Positions 16,145 through 25,870 of a stretch of 35,654 nt of DNA are shown in pieces. The stretch is from a virus, in UHGV virus genome UHGV-0232315, one strand, 5' to 3'. The notes below the pieces were generated by a model. The model made no database searches. It was not told the DNA's origin and saw only the letters and a program-made list of their open reading frames with translations. The position numbers were made by a program, and so were the translations under genes. Numbering within the stretch: the first letter of the stretch is position 1; each line of letters opens with the position of its first letter.

Positions 16145-18060
16145 GCACAAAATTTTATACCCTGCTGACGGATATTGGCGCGGCGAAACTTGCCAGCGCC
16201 GCCGCGCTTGGTGTGCCGCTAAAAATAACCCATATGGCGGTGGGCGATGGCGGCGGAGCATTGCCGACGCCGGACGCAAAGCAGACTGCACTGGTAAATG
16301 AGAAACGCCGGGCTGCGCTGAATATGCTCTATATCGACCCGCAGAACAGCAGCCAGATTATTGCTGAACAGGTGATCCCTGAAAACGAGGGCGGTTGGTG
16401 GATACGTGAAGTGGGCCTGTTTGATGAGTCAGGGGCATTGATTGCCGTGGGGAACTGCCCGGAAAGTTATAAACCGCAACTGGCTGAAGGCAGCGGGCGC
16501 ACCCAGACCGTGCGCATGGTGCTGATTACCAGCAGTACGGACAATATCACCCTGAAAATCGACCATGCTGTAGTACTGGCAACTCGCAAGTATGTGGATG
16601 ACAAAATATCAGAGCACGAACAGTCACGACGTCACCCGGACGCCTCGCTGACCGCAAAAGGTTTTACTCAGTTAAGCAGTGCGACCAACAGTGAATCCGA
16701 AATACTGGCCGCAACACCGAAGGCTGTGAAGGCTGCATATGATCTTGCAGCAGGTAAAGCATCCGCCAGTCACACACACCCGTGGAATCAGATAACAGGT
16801 GTACCTGCAGCCTCGCTGACGGTAAAAGGCACTGTGCAACTCAGCAGCGCCACTAACAGCACATCAGAAACGCAGGCCGCCACTCCAAAGGCAGTGAAGG
16901 CGGCATATGACCTTGCAGCAGGTAAGGCACCTGTCAGTCACACACACCCGTGGAATCAGATAACGGATGTGCCTGCAGCTTCACTGACGGTAAAAGGCAC
17001 CGTGCAACTCAGCAGTGCCACTAACAGCACGTCAGAAACGCAGGCTGCCACACCAAAGGCAGTGAAGGCGGCATATGACCTTGCAGCAGGTAAGGCACCT
17101 GTCAGTCACACGCACCCGTGGAGCCAGATAACGGATGTGCCTGCAGCTTCACTGACGGTAAAAGGCACCGTGCAACTCAGCAGCGCCACTAACAGCACGT
17201 CAGAAACGCAGGCTGCCACACCAAAAGCTGTGAAGGCTGTATATGACCTTGCCAATGGAAAACAACCTGCCGACGCCACACTGACCGCACTGGCAGGCCT
17301 TGCCACTGCGGCAGACAAACTTCCGTATTTTACGGGGAATGATACAGCCAGCCTGACAACCCTGACTAACGTTGGACGGAATATTCTGGATAAAGCAAGT
17401 ACACAGGCGGTTATTCAATATCTTGGTCTGAGCGATGCAAGTGGATACGTTGGACGCTGGCTGAATACCCGGGTTTTCACCTCATCAGGTACGTACACCC
17501 CGACGCCAGGAACAAAACGGATCAGGGTCACAATAACGGGCGGCGGTGGCGGAGGGGGCGGCTGCAAGGCTACATCCAATAATGAAACGTTTTTCGGTGC
17601 TGGCGGCGGGGCAGGTGGGACAGTAATCACCACGCTGATCCTGACGAAGGATAGTTATCCTGTCACTATCGGTGCAGGTGGGGCCGGCGGCGTTAGTGCG
17701 ACGAACGGCCTCAAGGGCGGTGATAGCTCGTTCGGATCGGTAATAGCCCCTGGTGGTGAAGGTGGTGGAAAATCAGGAGTCACAAACACGAACGGTGGTA
17801 ACGGCGGCGTGCCAAGTACTGGCGGTATCAACATCATTGGTGGAAATGGAGGCGACGGTCAGTCCGGAAATATCGGCGTCAGCGGTGAAGGCGGAACATC
17901 GTACTGGGGGGGCGGTGGACGCGCAGGCGCTGGCGGTGGTGTTAGTGGTAAGGCATATGGTTCAGGTGGCGGTGGCGCATACGATGCCGGTTATAGCGGA
18001 ACCAGTATGACAGGCGGGAAAGGTGCTGCTGGGATTTGTATTATCGAGGAGTTTGCATAA
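16141..18060 (+). CDS. H: Tail fibre protein H: P2 H-like N-terminus, four tail-fibre repeats, glycine-rich C-terminal module
   Basis: N-terminal ~170 aa P2 H-like (MSTKFYTLLTDIGAAKLA...DASLTAKGF); 4 x 56-aa repeats; C-terminus dominated by Gly runs (GGGGGGGGCK..., GAGGGAGG...). Confidence 0.9.
   Translation: MSTKFYTLLTDIGAAKLASAAALGVPLKITHMAVGDGGGALPTPDAKQTALVNEKRRAALNMLYIDPQNSSQIIAEQVIPENEGGWWIREVGLFDESGALIAVGNCPESYKPQLAEGSGRTQTVRMVLITSSTDNITLKIDHAVVLATRKYVDDKISEHEQSRRHPDASLTAKGFTQLSSATNSESEILAATPKAVKAAYDLAAGKASASHTHPWNQITGVPAASLTVKGTVQLSSATNSTSETQAATPKAVKAAYDLAAGKAPVSHTHPWNQITDVPAASLTVKGTVQLSSATNSTSETQAATPKAVKAAYDLAAGKAPVSHTHPWSQITDVPAASLTVKGTVQLSSATNSTSETQAATPKAVKAVYDLANGKQPADATLTALAGLATAADKLPYFTGNDTASLTTLTNVGRNILDKASTQAVIQYLGLSDASGYVGRWLNTRVFTSSGTYTPTPGTKRIRVTITGGGGGGGGCKATSNNETFFGAGGGAGGTVITTLILTKDSYPVTIGAGGAGGVSATNGLKGGDSSFGSVIAPGGEGGGKSGVTNTNGGNGGVPSTGGINIIGGNGGDGQSGNIGVSGEGGTSYWGGGGRAGAGGGVSGKAYGSGGGGAYDAGYSGTSMTGGKGAAGICIIEEFA
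16648..17319 (+). repeat. Four tandem 168-bp (56-codon) in-frame repeats inside H
   Basis: Units begin at 16648, 16816, 16984 and 17152 (each starts ctgac[cg]g[ct]aaaagg); units 2 and 3 differ at only a few bases, unit 4 diverges at its 3' end. Confidence 0.9.
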
Positions 18061-18473
18061 TGAATGCGTCATATGCAGTTATTGAAAATGGGATGGTTGT
18101 GAATGTCATTGTCTGGGATGGCGAGGCTGAATTCACAGTGCCGGATAATCAGCAGCTCATTGATATTTCTGATATCAGTGAGCATCCCGGAATCGGCTGG
18201 GGGTATTCAGACGGGGTATTTACTGCGCCGCTCCCTCCGGAACGTTCTCATGATGAACTGGTAGCTGACGCTGAACAGAAAAAACAGTCGCTGATAGACG
18301 CAGCAATGGCCAATATCAGCGTGATTCAGTTAAAGCTGCAGGCCGGGCGCAAACTGACGCAAGAAGAAACTACCCGACTTAACGTTGTGCTGGATTATAT
18401 CGAGGCTGTGACGGCAACAGATACCAGCACCGCACCTGATATCATTTGGCCTGTTTTCCCTGCAAGCAGATAA
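18060..18473 (+). CDS. G: Tail fibre assembly protein (gpG/Tfa-like)
   Basis: ORF 18036-18473; ATG 18060 overlaps the H stop (TAATG); C-terminal ...DTSTAPDIIWPVFP is Tfa-like. Confidence 0.85.
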   Translation: MNASYAVIENGMVVNVIVWDGEAEFTVPDNQQLIDISDISEHPGIGWGYSDGVFTAPLPPERSHDELVADAEQKKQSLIDAAMANISVIQLKLQAGRKLTQEETTRLNVVLDYIEAVTATDTSTAPDIIWPVFPASR

Positions 18474-18485
18474 ATACCGTCATTT

Positions 18486-18503
18486 TGTGTGAATAACGGT
18501 ACA
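18486..18503. promoter_or_regulatory. Ogr/B-type late-promoter activator site (TGT-N12-ACA) upstream of FI
   Basis: TGTgtgaataacggtACA centred 85 bp upstream of the FI ATG in the 106-bp G-FI intergenic region. Confidence 0.55.
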
Positions 18504-18579
18504 ACTGCGCTTAGCTGCTTGTCAGACACAATCACTTCAACATAGGGCGAAGCCTAATCCAATCAGGAGGTTCGCCACT

Positions 18580-19752
18580 ATGGCTCAGGATTACCACCAC
18601 GGAGTGCGCGTTGTTGAAGTCAACGAAGGCACTCGATCCATTACTACGGTGAGCACCGCCATCGTGGGCATGGTCTGCACGGGCGATGATGCCGATGCAA
18701 AAATGTTCCCTCTTAATAAACCCGTGCTGATCACTGATGTGCTTACTGCCAGCGGTAAAGCGGGTGAGTCAGGTACGCTGGCCCGTTCGCTGGATGCCAT
18801 CGCTGACCAGGCAAAACCCGTGACCGTTGTTGTGCGTGTGCCGCAGGGTGAAACGGAAGAAGAAACCACGACCAATATCATCGGCGCAGTGACTGCTGAA
18901 GGTAAAAAAACTGGTATGAAAGCCCTGTTATCTGCCCAGTCACAGCTCGGTGTTAAACCGCGCATTCTCGGCGTGCCGGGGCACGATAACAAAGCCGTTG
19001 CTACTGAGTTGCTGGGCGTGGCGCAAAGCCTGCGTGGGTTTGCTTACCTGTCAGCGTATGGTTGCAAGACGGTGCAGGAAGCAATCACTTACCGTAAAAA
19101 CTTCAGCCAGCGTGAAGGGATGCTGATCTGGCCCGACTTTACTGGCTGGGACACGGTGCTGAATGCCGAAGCAACGGCATATGCCACCGCCCGTGCGCTT
19201 GGTCTGCGCGCCAAAATTGATGAGCAGACCGGATGGCACAAAAGCCTGTCCAACGTGGGCGTGAACGGTGTCACCGGAATTTCTGCTGATGTATTCTGGG
19301 ATCTGCAGGACCCGGCAACTGATGCGGGACTGCTTAACCAGAACGATGTTACCACACTTATCCGCAAAGACGGCTTTCGCTTCTGGGGTTCCCGCTGTCT
19401 GAGTGCTGACCCACTCTTTGCCTTTGAAAACTACACCCGCACGGCGCAGGTGCTGATGGACACGATGGCAGAAGCGCCAATGTGGGCGGTCGACAAACCG
19501 CTGAATCCGTCGCTGGCCCGCGACATTATCGAAGGTATCCGCGCCAAAATGCGCAGCCTGATCAGTCAGGGCTATCTCATTGGTGGCGATTGCTGGCTGG
19601 ATGAGTCGGTGAACGACAAAGACACTCTGAAAGCTGGAAAACTCACCATCGACTACGACTACACACCAGTGCCGCCACTTGAAAACCTGATGCTGCGTCA
19701 GCGCATCACCGATCAGTACCTGGTGAATTTCGCCAGCCAGGTCAGCGCGTAA
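18580..19752 (+). CDS. FI: Tail sheath protein (P2 gpFI-like)
   Basis: 390 aa; AGGAGG RBS; position after G. Confidence 0.9.
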   Translation: MAQDYHHGVRVVEVNEGTRSITTVSTAIVGMVCTGDDADAKMFPLNKPVLITDVLTASGKAGESGTLARSLDAIADQAKPVTVVVRVPQGETEEETTTNIIGAVTAEGKKTGMKALLSAQSQLGVKPRILGVPGHDNKAVATELLGVAQSLRGFAYLSAYGCKTVQEAITYRKNFSQREGMLIWPDFTGWDTVLNAEATAYATARALGLRAKIDEQTGWHKSLSNVGVNGVTGISADVFWDLQDPATDAGLLNQNDVTTLIRKDGFRFWGSRCLSADPLFAFENYTRTAQVLMDTMAEAPMWAVDKPLNPSLARDIIEGIRAKMRSLISQGYLIGGDCWLDESVNDKDTLKAGKLTIDYDYTPVPPLENLMLRQRITDQYLVNFASQVSA

Positions 19753-19761
19753 GGGGACAAC

Positions 19762-20277
19762 ATGGCTTTACCACGCAAATTAAAACATCTGAACCTGTTT
19801 AACGACGGGAACAACTGGCAGGGAATCGTTGAGTCGCTGACGCTGCCGAAATTCACCCGCAAATATGAGAAGTATCGCGGCGGCGGTATGCCGGGGGCGG
19901 TGGATGTGGATCTGGGACTGGATGACAGTGCACTGGATACAGAATTTTCCATTGGTGGTACCGAACTGCTGCTGTTTAAGCAGATGGGCAAATCCACGGT
20001 GGATGGCATCCAGTTGCGCTTTACCGGCTCTATCCAGCGTGACGATACCGGGGAAGTGCAGGCCGTGGAGCTTGTGGTGCGTGGACGTCACAAAGAAGTG
20101 GATTCCGGTGAGTGGAAGACGGGCGAAAGCAACACCACCAAAGTGACCAGTACCAACAGCTACGCGAAGCTGACCATCAATGGTGAGGTGCTCTATGAAG
20201 TGGACCTTATCAACATGGTGGAAATTGTGGACGGTGTGGACCTGATGGAAGCGCACCGCAACGCCCTCGGCCTCTGA
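19762..20277 (+). CDS. FII: Tail tube protein (P2 gpFII-like)
   Basis: 171 aa immediately after the sheath gene. Confidence 0.9.
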   Translation: MALPRKLKHLNLFNDGNNWQGIVESLTLPKFTRKYEKYRGGGMPGAVDVDLGLDDSALDTEFSIGGTELLLFKQMGKSTVDGIQLRFTGSIQRDDTGEVQAVELVVRGRHKEVDSGEWKTGESNTTKVTSTNSYAKLTINGEVLYEVDLINMVEIVDGVDLMEAHRNALGL

Positions 20278-20331
20278 TGTATCTGAACGGCGCGGGATAC
20301 CGCGCCAGAACCCAATTTACAGGACAACAAA

Positions 20332-20634
20332 ATGAGCGATAAGCAGACTGAAAAGACCATTCAACTGGATACCCCTATCAAGCGCGGTAAAACGGAAATC
20401 ACCGAAATTGTGCTGCGTAAGCCGCAGTCCGGTGCGCTGCGCGGCACGCGCCTGCAGGCCATTATGGATATGGATGTGAACGCGATGATGACCGTGATCC
20501 CCCGCATCTCCAGTCCGGTACTGACTGCACAGGAAATCGCAGAGATGGATCCGGCAGATCTCACCGCTATGTCGGTTGAGGTTGTCACTTTTTTGTTGAA
20601 GAAGTCGGTGCTTGCCGGTTTACCGACAGCCTGA
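20332..20634 (+). CDS. E: Tail assembly chaperone E (zero-frame product)
   Basis: 100 aa upstream of the tape measure gene; contains the slippery heptamer T_TTT_TTG at 20589-20595. Confidence 0.85.
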   Translation: MSDKQTEKTIQLDTPIKRGKTEITEIVLRKPQSGALRGTRLQAIMDMDVNAMMTVIPRISSPVLTAQEIAEMDPADLTAMSVEVVTFLLKKSVLAGLPTA

Positions 20635-20768
20635 CGGTTGACGATCTGGTGGCAGACATCGCCACCATTTTTCACTGGCCGCCATCCGTTACTGACGTTA
20701 TGCCGCTGACCGAAGTGCTGGAATGGCGGTATAAAGCGATTCAGAGAAGCGGGGCCAACGATGAGTGA
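20332..20768 (+). CDS. Tail assembly chaperone E+E' (predicted -1 programmed frameshift product)
   Basis: The -1 frame is open from the slippery site to TGA 20766-20768 (..VEEVGACRFTDSLTVDDLVADIATIFHWPPSVTDVMPLTEVLEWRYKAIQRSGANDE), ending just inside the start of T. Confidence 0.6.
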
Positions 20769-23700
20769 TAACAACTTGCGGCTGCAGGTCATTCTTAATG
20801 CGGTTGACAAACTCACCCGCCCATTCCGTGTTGCACAGGCCAGTTCGGAAGAGCTGGCTGGCGCAATCAGAAACTCCCGTGACGCATTAAAGCAACTTAA
20901 TCAGGCGGGTAATAGCCTGGAAAAATTTCGCAAGCTGCAGGCTGATAACAAGAAGTTAGGCGACAGGCTGAACTATGCCAGACAGAAGGCTAATTTGCTT
21001 AGCTCTGAGCTGGAGGCGATGGAACAACCATCACAACGGCACCTTGTGGCTTTAGGTCGGCAAACGCTGGCAGTCCAACGCCTGGAAGAACAGCAAAAAT
21101 ATTTGCAGAAGCAAACGGCGCTTGTGCGTGCAGAACTGTACCGGGCGGGAATTTCTGCGAAAGATGATGCGGGAGCAACTGCCCGTTTAGCCCGTGAAAC
21201 ATCACGTTATAACCAGGAATTGTCGAAACAGGAGGCGCGGCTGAAGCGACTGGGTGAAGCTCAGCGCAGGATGAATGCGGCGCGTGCCAGTTATGCCCGT
21301 TCGCTGGAGGTGCGCGATCGTATTGCAGGAGCCGGAGCCACTACCACGGCTGCAGGGCTGGCAATGGGGACGCCAGTGATGGCGGCAGTAAAAAGCTATA
21401 CCAGCATGGAAGATGCCATGAAAGGTGTGGCAAAGCAGGTCAATGGTCTGCGTGACGATAATGGAAACCGTACTGCACGTTTTTATGAAATGCAGGATGC
21501 CATCAAGGCTGCCAGCGAACAGTTGCCGATGGAAAACGGTGCGGTGGACTTCGCTGCACTGGTTGAAGGTGGTGCGCGCATGAACGTCGCAAACCCTGAC
21601 GACAGCTGGGAAGACCAGAAACGTGACCTGCTGGCCTTCGCCAGTACGGCAGCAAAGGCGGCAACAGCCTTTGAGCTGCCAGCGGATGAACTGTCAGAAA
21701 GTCTGGGGAAAATCGCCCAGCTCTACAAAATACCTACCCGCAATATTGAACAGCTCGGCGATGCGCTGAACTATCTGGATGATAACGCCATGTCGAAAGG
21801 GGCGGACATCATTGATGTGATGCAACGTCTGGGCGGTGTGGCTGACCGTCTGGATTATCGTAAAGCGGCGGCACTGGGTTCCACCTTTCTGACACTGGGC
21901 GCTGCGCCGGAGGTTGCAGCCAGTGCAGCAAACGCGATGGTGCGTGAATTGTCCATTGCCACCATGCAAAGCAAGAGTTTCTTTGAAGGGATGAATCTGC
22001 TGAAACTCAATCCTGAAGTGATTGAAAAGCAGATGACGAAGGATGCTATGGGAACTATCCAGCGTGTGCTGGAGAAGGTGAACGCACTGCCGCAGGACAA
22101 GCGTCTGTCTGCCATGACCATGTTGTTTGGTAAAGAGTTTGGCGATGACGCGGCGAAACTGGCAAACAACCTGCCGGAACTACAGCGCCAGCTAAAACTG
22201 ACAGCGGGCAATGATGCGCTCGGTTCCATGCAGAAAGAATCCGACATCAACAAGGACTCACTTTCTGCTCAGTGGTTGCTGGTTAAAACCGGAGCGCAGA
22301 ATACCTTCAGCAGCCTGGGCGAAACGCTGCGCCAGCCGCTGATGGATATTCTGTACACGGTGAAAAGAGTTACGGGAGCGTTGCGTCGCTGGGTGGAAGC
22401 TAACCCGGAACTGACGGGCACACTGATGAAAGTAGCCGCTATTGTGGCTGCGGTTACCGTAGGCCTCGGCACCTTGGCTGTGGCGCTGGCTGCAGTGCTG
22501 GGGCCGCTGGCAGTCATCCGTCTGGGATTCTCTGTGCTGGGCATCAAAACGTTACCTTCCGTTACGGCAGCAGTAACACGAACCAGCAGCGCGTTGTCCT
22601 GGCTGGCTGGCGCTCCACTGGCAGTGCTGCGACGCGGGCTTGCTTCATCGGGTAACGCAGCGGGTTTACTTACTGCGCCGTTGTCGTCTTTGCGCCGTAC
22701 GGCATCACTGACGGGAAATGTCATGAAAACTGTAGCAGGTGCGCCAGTTGCACTGTTGCGGTCTGGATTATCCGGTTTACGTGCGGTTGCTGTGATGTTT
22801 ATGAATCCACTGGCGGTACTGCGCGGTGGACTGACCGCCGCAGGCGCGGTGCTGCGAGTGCTGGCATCCGGTCCGCTGGCGATGCTGCGCGTTGCTCTGT
22901 ATGCCGTATCTGGTCTGTTAGGTGCTCTGCTCAGTCCGATAGGTCTTGTGGTTACTGCACTGGCGGGCGTGGCGCTGGTTGTCTGGAAATACTGGCAACC
23001 CATCACCGCATTTCTCGGTGGCGTGGTGGAAGGATTCAAAGCGGCGGCAGGTCCCGTCAGTGCAGCGTTCGAACCGCTTAAGCCCGTGTTCCAGTGGATT
23101 GGCGACAAAGTGCAGGCGCTGTGGGGCTGGTTTATTGATCTGCTGACGCCTGTTAAGTCGACCTCTGCCGAACTGCAGAGCGCAGCGGCAATGGGGCGAC
23201 GATTCGGGGAGGCACTGGCGGAAGGGCTGAATATGGTTATGCATCCGCTGGACTCCCTGAAATCCGGTGTTTCATGGTTGCTGGATAAACTCGGCATTGT
23301 CAGTAAAGAGGCTGCAAAGGCGAAACTGCCGGAAAGCGTGACGCGCCAGCAACCTGCGACGGTGAATGCTGACGGTAAAGTGATGATGCCATCGGGTGGT
23401 TTTCCGTCATGGGGATATGGCTTTGCGGGGATGTATGACAGCGGCGGCTATATCCCGCGCGGGCAGTTTGGCATCGTCGGTGAAAACGGGCCAGAAATTG
23501 TTAACGGCCCGGCAAATGTGACCAGCCGGAGAAATACAGCTGAACTGGCTGCCGTTGTTGCCGGAATGATGGGCGTTGCTACCGCGCCTGCAGAGCTTCC
23601 ACCGTTACATCCTTTGGCACTTCCCGCGAAAGGCGGCGAAGCGATGGTGAGTCGTGCAGCCACTGTGCCGCCCGTTCAACGGCTTGAGGCACCGACGCAG

Positions 23701-23838
23701 ATCATCATTCAGACGCAGCCAGGACAAAGTGCGCAGGATATTGCGCGGGAGGTGGCCCGCCAGCTTGATGAACGTGAACGCAGGCTGAAGGCAAAGGCCA
23801 GGAGTAACTACAGCGATCAGGGGGGATACGACGCATGA
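20761..23838 (+). CDS. T: Tail tape measure protein (P2 gpT-like)
   Basis: 1025 aa, coiled-coil-rich N-terminus, Gly/Ala-rich hydrophobic middle, conserved position. Confidence 0.9.
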   Translation: MSDNNLRLQVILNAVDKLTRPFRVAQASSEELAGAIRNSRDALKQLNQAGNSLEKFRKLQADNKKLGDRLNYARQKANLLSSELEAMEQPSQRHLVALGRQTLAVQRLEEQQKYLQKQTALVRAELYRAGISAKDDAGATARLARETSRYNQELSKQEARLKRLGEAQRRMNAARASYARSLEVRDRIAGAGATTTAAGLAMGTPVMAAVKSYTSMEDAMKGVAKQVNGLRDDNGNRTARFYEMQDAIKAASEQLPMENGAVDFAALVEGGARMNVANPDDSWEDQKRDLLAFASTAAKAATAFELPADELSESLGKIAQLYKIPTRNIEQLGDALNYLDDNAMSKGADIIDVMQRLGGVADRLDYRKAAALGSTFLTLGAAPEVAASAANAMVRELSIATMQSKSFFEGMNLLKLNPEVIEKQMTKDAMGTIQRVLEKVNALPQDKRLSAMTMLFGKEFGDDAAKLANNLPELQRQLKLTAGNDALGSMQKESDINKDSLSAQWLLVKTGAQNTFSSLGETLRQPLMDILYTVKRVTGALRRWVEANPELTGTLMKVAAIVAAVTVGLGTLAVALAAVLGPLAVIRLGFSVLGIKTLPSVTAAVTRTSSALSWLAGAPLAVLRRGLASSGNAAGLLTAPLSSLRRTASLTGNVMKTVAGAPVALLRSGLSGLRAVAVMFMNPLAVLRGGLTAAGAVLRVLASGPLAMLRVALYAVSGLLGALLSPIGLVVTALAGVALVVWKYWQPITAFLGGVVEGFKAAAGPVSAAFEPLKPVFQWIGDKVQALWGWFIDLLTPVKSTSAELQSAAAMGRRFGEALAEGLNMVMHPLDSLKSGVSWLLDKLGIVSKEAAKAKLPESVTRQQPATVNADGKVMMPSGGFPSWGYGFAGMYDSGGYIPRGQFGIVGENGPEIVNGPANVTSRRNTAELAAVVAGMMGVATAPAELPPLHPLALPAKGGEAMVSRAATVPPVQRLEAPTQIIIQTQPGQSAQDIAREVARQLDERERRLKAKARSNYSDQGGYDA

Positions 23839-24320
23839 TGATGGTGCTGGGATTGTACGTGTTTATGCTTCGCACTGTGCCGTATCAGGAACTGCAGTAT
23901 CAACGCAGCTGGCGACATGCGGCAAACAGCCGGGTAAACCGTCGTCCGTCCACGCAGTTTCTGGGACCGGAAAACGACATGCTGACGCTTTCCGGTGTTC
24001 TTATGCCGGAGATAACAGGCGGCAGGCTGACGTTGCTGGCACTGGAGCAGATGGCAGAACAGGGGAAAGCATGGCCCCTGATTGAAGGCAGCGGCACGAT
24101 TTACGGCATGTATGTGATTGAGGGACTGAATCAGACTAAAACGGAGTTTTTCCGCGACGGTATGCCGCGCAGGATTGAGTTCACCCTTTCGCTAAAACGG
24201 GTGGATGAATCCCTGTCCGATATGTTCGGTGATCTCAGAACTCAACTGAATAATCTGCAGGACACGGCAACGTCTGCCTTAAGCGATATCAGTAAAACGG
24301 TGGGAGGGCTGCTGTCGTGA
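23835..24320 (+). CDS. U: Tail protein U (P2 gpU-like)
   Basis: 161 aa; ATGA overlap with T stop. Confidence 0.85.
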   Translation: MMMVLGLYVFMLRTVPYQELQYQRSWRHAANSRVNRRPSTQFLGPENDMLTLSGVLMPEITGGRLTLLALEQMAEQGKAWPLIEGSGTIYGMYVIEGLNQTKTEFFRDGMPRRIEFTLSLKRVDESLSDMFGDLRTQLNNLQDTATSALSDISKTVGGLLS

Positions 24321-25417
24321 ATTTCAGCTCTGAACTGCTTAACAAAGGCAACAAAACTCCGGCATTCAGCATCAGTATTGAAGGCAGGGATATCACTACT
24401 GTGCTGGACAACCGCCTGATGGGGCTTACGCTGACGGATAACCGGGGCTTTGAAGCGGACCAGCTTGATCTGGAGCTGGACGACGCCGATGGCAAAATCG
24501 TGCTGCCGCGCCGTGGTGCGGTCATTACGCTGGCGCTGGGCTGGAAGGGGCAGCCGCTTTTCCCGAAAGGGGCATTCACGGTGGACGAGATTGAACACAC
24601 TGGCGCACCGGACCGCCTGACTATCCGGGCGCGAAGTGCTGATTTTCGTGAAACACTGAATACCCGCCGTGAAAAGTCGTGGCACAAGACCACCGTTGGG
24701 GAAGTGGTGAAGGAAATAGCTGCGCGGCACAAACTGAAGATGGCATTGGGTAAAGACCTGTCAGATAAACCCGTGGAACATATAGACCAGACCAATGAGA
24801 GTGACGGCAGTTTTCTGATGCGGCTGGCGCGCCAGCACGGTGCTATTGCGTCGGTGAAAAATGGCAATCTGTTATTCATCCGACAGGGGCAGGGTAAAAG
24901 CGCCAGTGGTAAACCACTACCGGTTATCACTATCACACGTGAGGACGGCGACAGTCACCGCTTTACCCTGGCAGATCGCGGAGCTTACACGGGCGTAATT
25001 GCCAGCTGGTTGCATACCCGCGAACCCGCGAAGAAAGAAAGCACCGCGGTGAAGCGTAAGCGCAGGACTAAGAAGCAGAAGAAAGAGCCGGAAGCGAAGC
25101 AGGGCGATTACCTGGTGGGTACGGATGAAAACGTGCTGGTACTTAATCGCACCTATGCTAATCGGAGTAACGCCGAACGGGCAGCGAAAATGCAGTGGGA
25201 ACGCCTGCAACGCGGCGTTGCGTCATTCTCGCTACAACTGGCGGAAGGGCGGGCAGATCTCTACACGGAAATGCCAGTGAAAGTCAGTGGCTTTAAACAG
25301 CTGATAGATGATGCGGAATGGACCATTACGACTCTGACACATACCGTCAGCCCGGATAACGGTTTTACGACCAGTCTGGAGCTTGAAGTGAGGATTGATG
25401 ATTTCGAAATGGAATGA
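24317..25417 (+). CDS. D: Tail protein D (late control gene D-like)
   Basis: 366 aa; GTG start overlapping the U stop; GGGAGGG RBS. Confidence 0.85.
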   Translation: MNFSSELLNKGNKTPAFSISIEGRDITTVLDNRLMGLTLTDNRGFEADQLDLELDDADGKIVLPRRGAVITLALGWKGQPLFPKGAFTVDEIEHTGAPDRLTIRARSADFRETLNTRREKSWHKTTVGEVVKEIAARHKLKMALGKDLSDKPVEHIDQTNESDGSFLMRLARQHGAIASVKNGNLLFIRQGQGKSASGKPLPVITITREDGDSHRFTLADRGAYTGVIASWLHTREPAKKESTAVKRKRRTKKQKKEPEAKQGDYLVGTDENVLVLNRTYANRSNAERAAKMQWERLQRGVASFSLQLAEGRADLYTEMPVKVSGFKQLIDDAEWTITTLTHTVSPDNGFTTSLELEVRIDDFEME

Positions 25418-25507
25418 TTCTTCGCAATGGAGAACTTTTAAGTTTGCAAAATGGAATAATGCGGTATCATTATTGTGAATTTAGCAAAAATGGGGAGAAC
25501 TCGAAAA

Positions 25508-25726
25508 ATGATGATTTGCCCACTGTGTGGAAGTGCCGCCCATACTCGCAGCAGTTTTCAGGTATCTTCATTGACCAAAGAGCGTTACAACCAGTGCCAG
25601 AACATTAACTGCAGCCATACTTTTGTTACCCATGAAACTTTTGTTCGTTCGATTGCAACGCCAAAAGAGTCAAATCCGGTTCAGCCGCATCCAATGAAAT
25701 CAGGACAGGTAGCGCTCTCTCTTTGA
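25508..25726 (+). CDS. ogr: Ogr/B-family zinc-finger late transcription activator
   Basis: ORF 25475-25726; start placed at ATG 25508 (MMICPLCGSAAHTRSS...ERYNQCQNINCSHTF), Cys4 pattern and length (72 aa) as in P2 Ogr. Confidence 0.85.
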   Translation: MMICPLCGSAAHTRSSFQVSSLTKERYNQCQNINCSHTFVTHETFVRSIATPKESNPVQPHPMKSGQVALSL

Positions 25727-25804
25727 CGCTGCCGCCATTTTGTCGCCATCGTTAAAAAACAGTGCTTCTAACATCATGATCTTAAACAGCTTAAATTTCA
25801 GGCA

Positions 25805-25830
25805 ACAAAAAACCCATTTATGTAAACGGG
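25805..25830 (-). terminator. Weak hairpin plus T-run downstream of int (minus strand)
   Basis: On the minus strand cccgttt-acat-aaatggg is followed by TTTTTT; the stem is short with one mismatch. Confidence 0.3.
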
Positions 25831-25836
25831 TTAATG

Positions 25837-25870
25837 AAAACAATAAGTTAGATTAAAAACAATAAGTTAG
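25837..25870. repeat. Two 15-bp direct repeats (AAAACAATAAGTTAG) spaced 19 bp apart in the ogr-int intergenic (att-like) region
   Basis: Exact copies at 25837-25851 and 25856-25870; candidate integrase arm-type or accessory-factor binding sites. Confidence 0.5.

Noticed and set aside
16648-17319. Tandem repeats as a possible CRISPR array or satellite
   Set aside because: Repeats are 168 bp, contiguous with no spacers, and in-frame within tail fibre gene H (coding repeats).
18474-18579. Looked for cargo at the G-FI junction (P2 Z/fun hotspot)
   Set aside because: Only 106 bp of intergenic DNA containing the late promoter dyad; no room for a gene - the hotspot is empty in this phage.
22269-23297. 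342-aa ORF antisense to the tape measure gene T
   Set aside because: Low-complexity Ala/Ser/Thr/Pro-rich translation mirroring the Gly/Ala-rich sense strand; classic shadow ORF.
24289-24936. 215-aa and 162-aa ORFs antisense to U/D
   Set aside because: Embedded opposite to conserved tail genes; no independent support.
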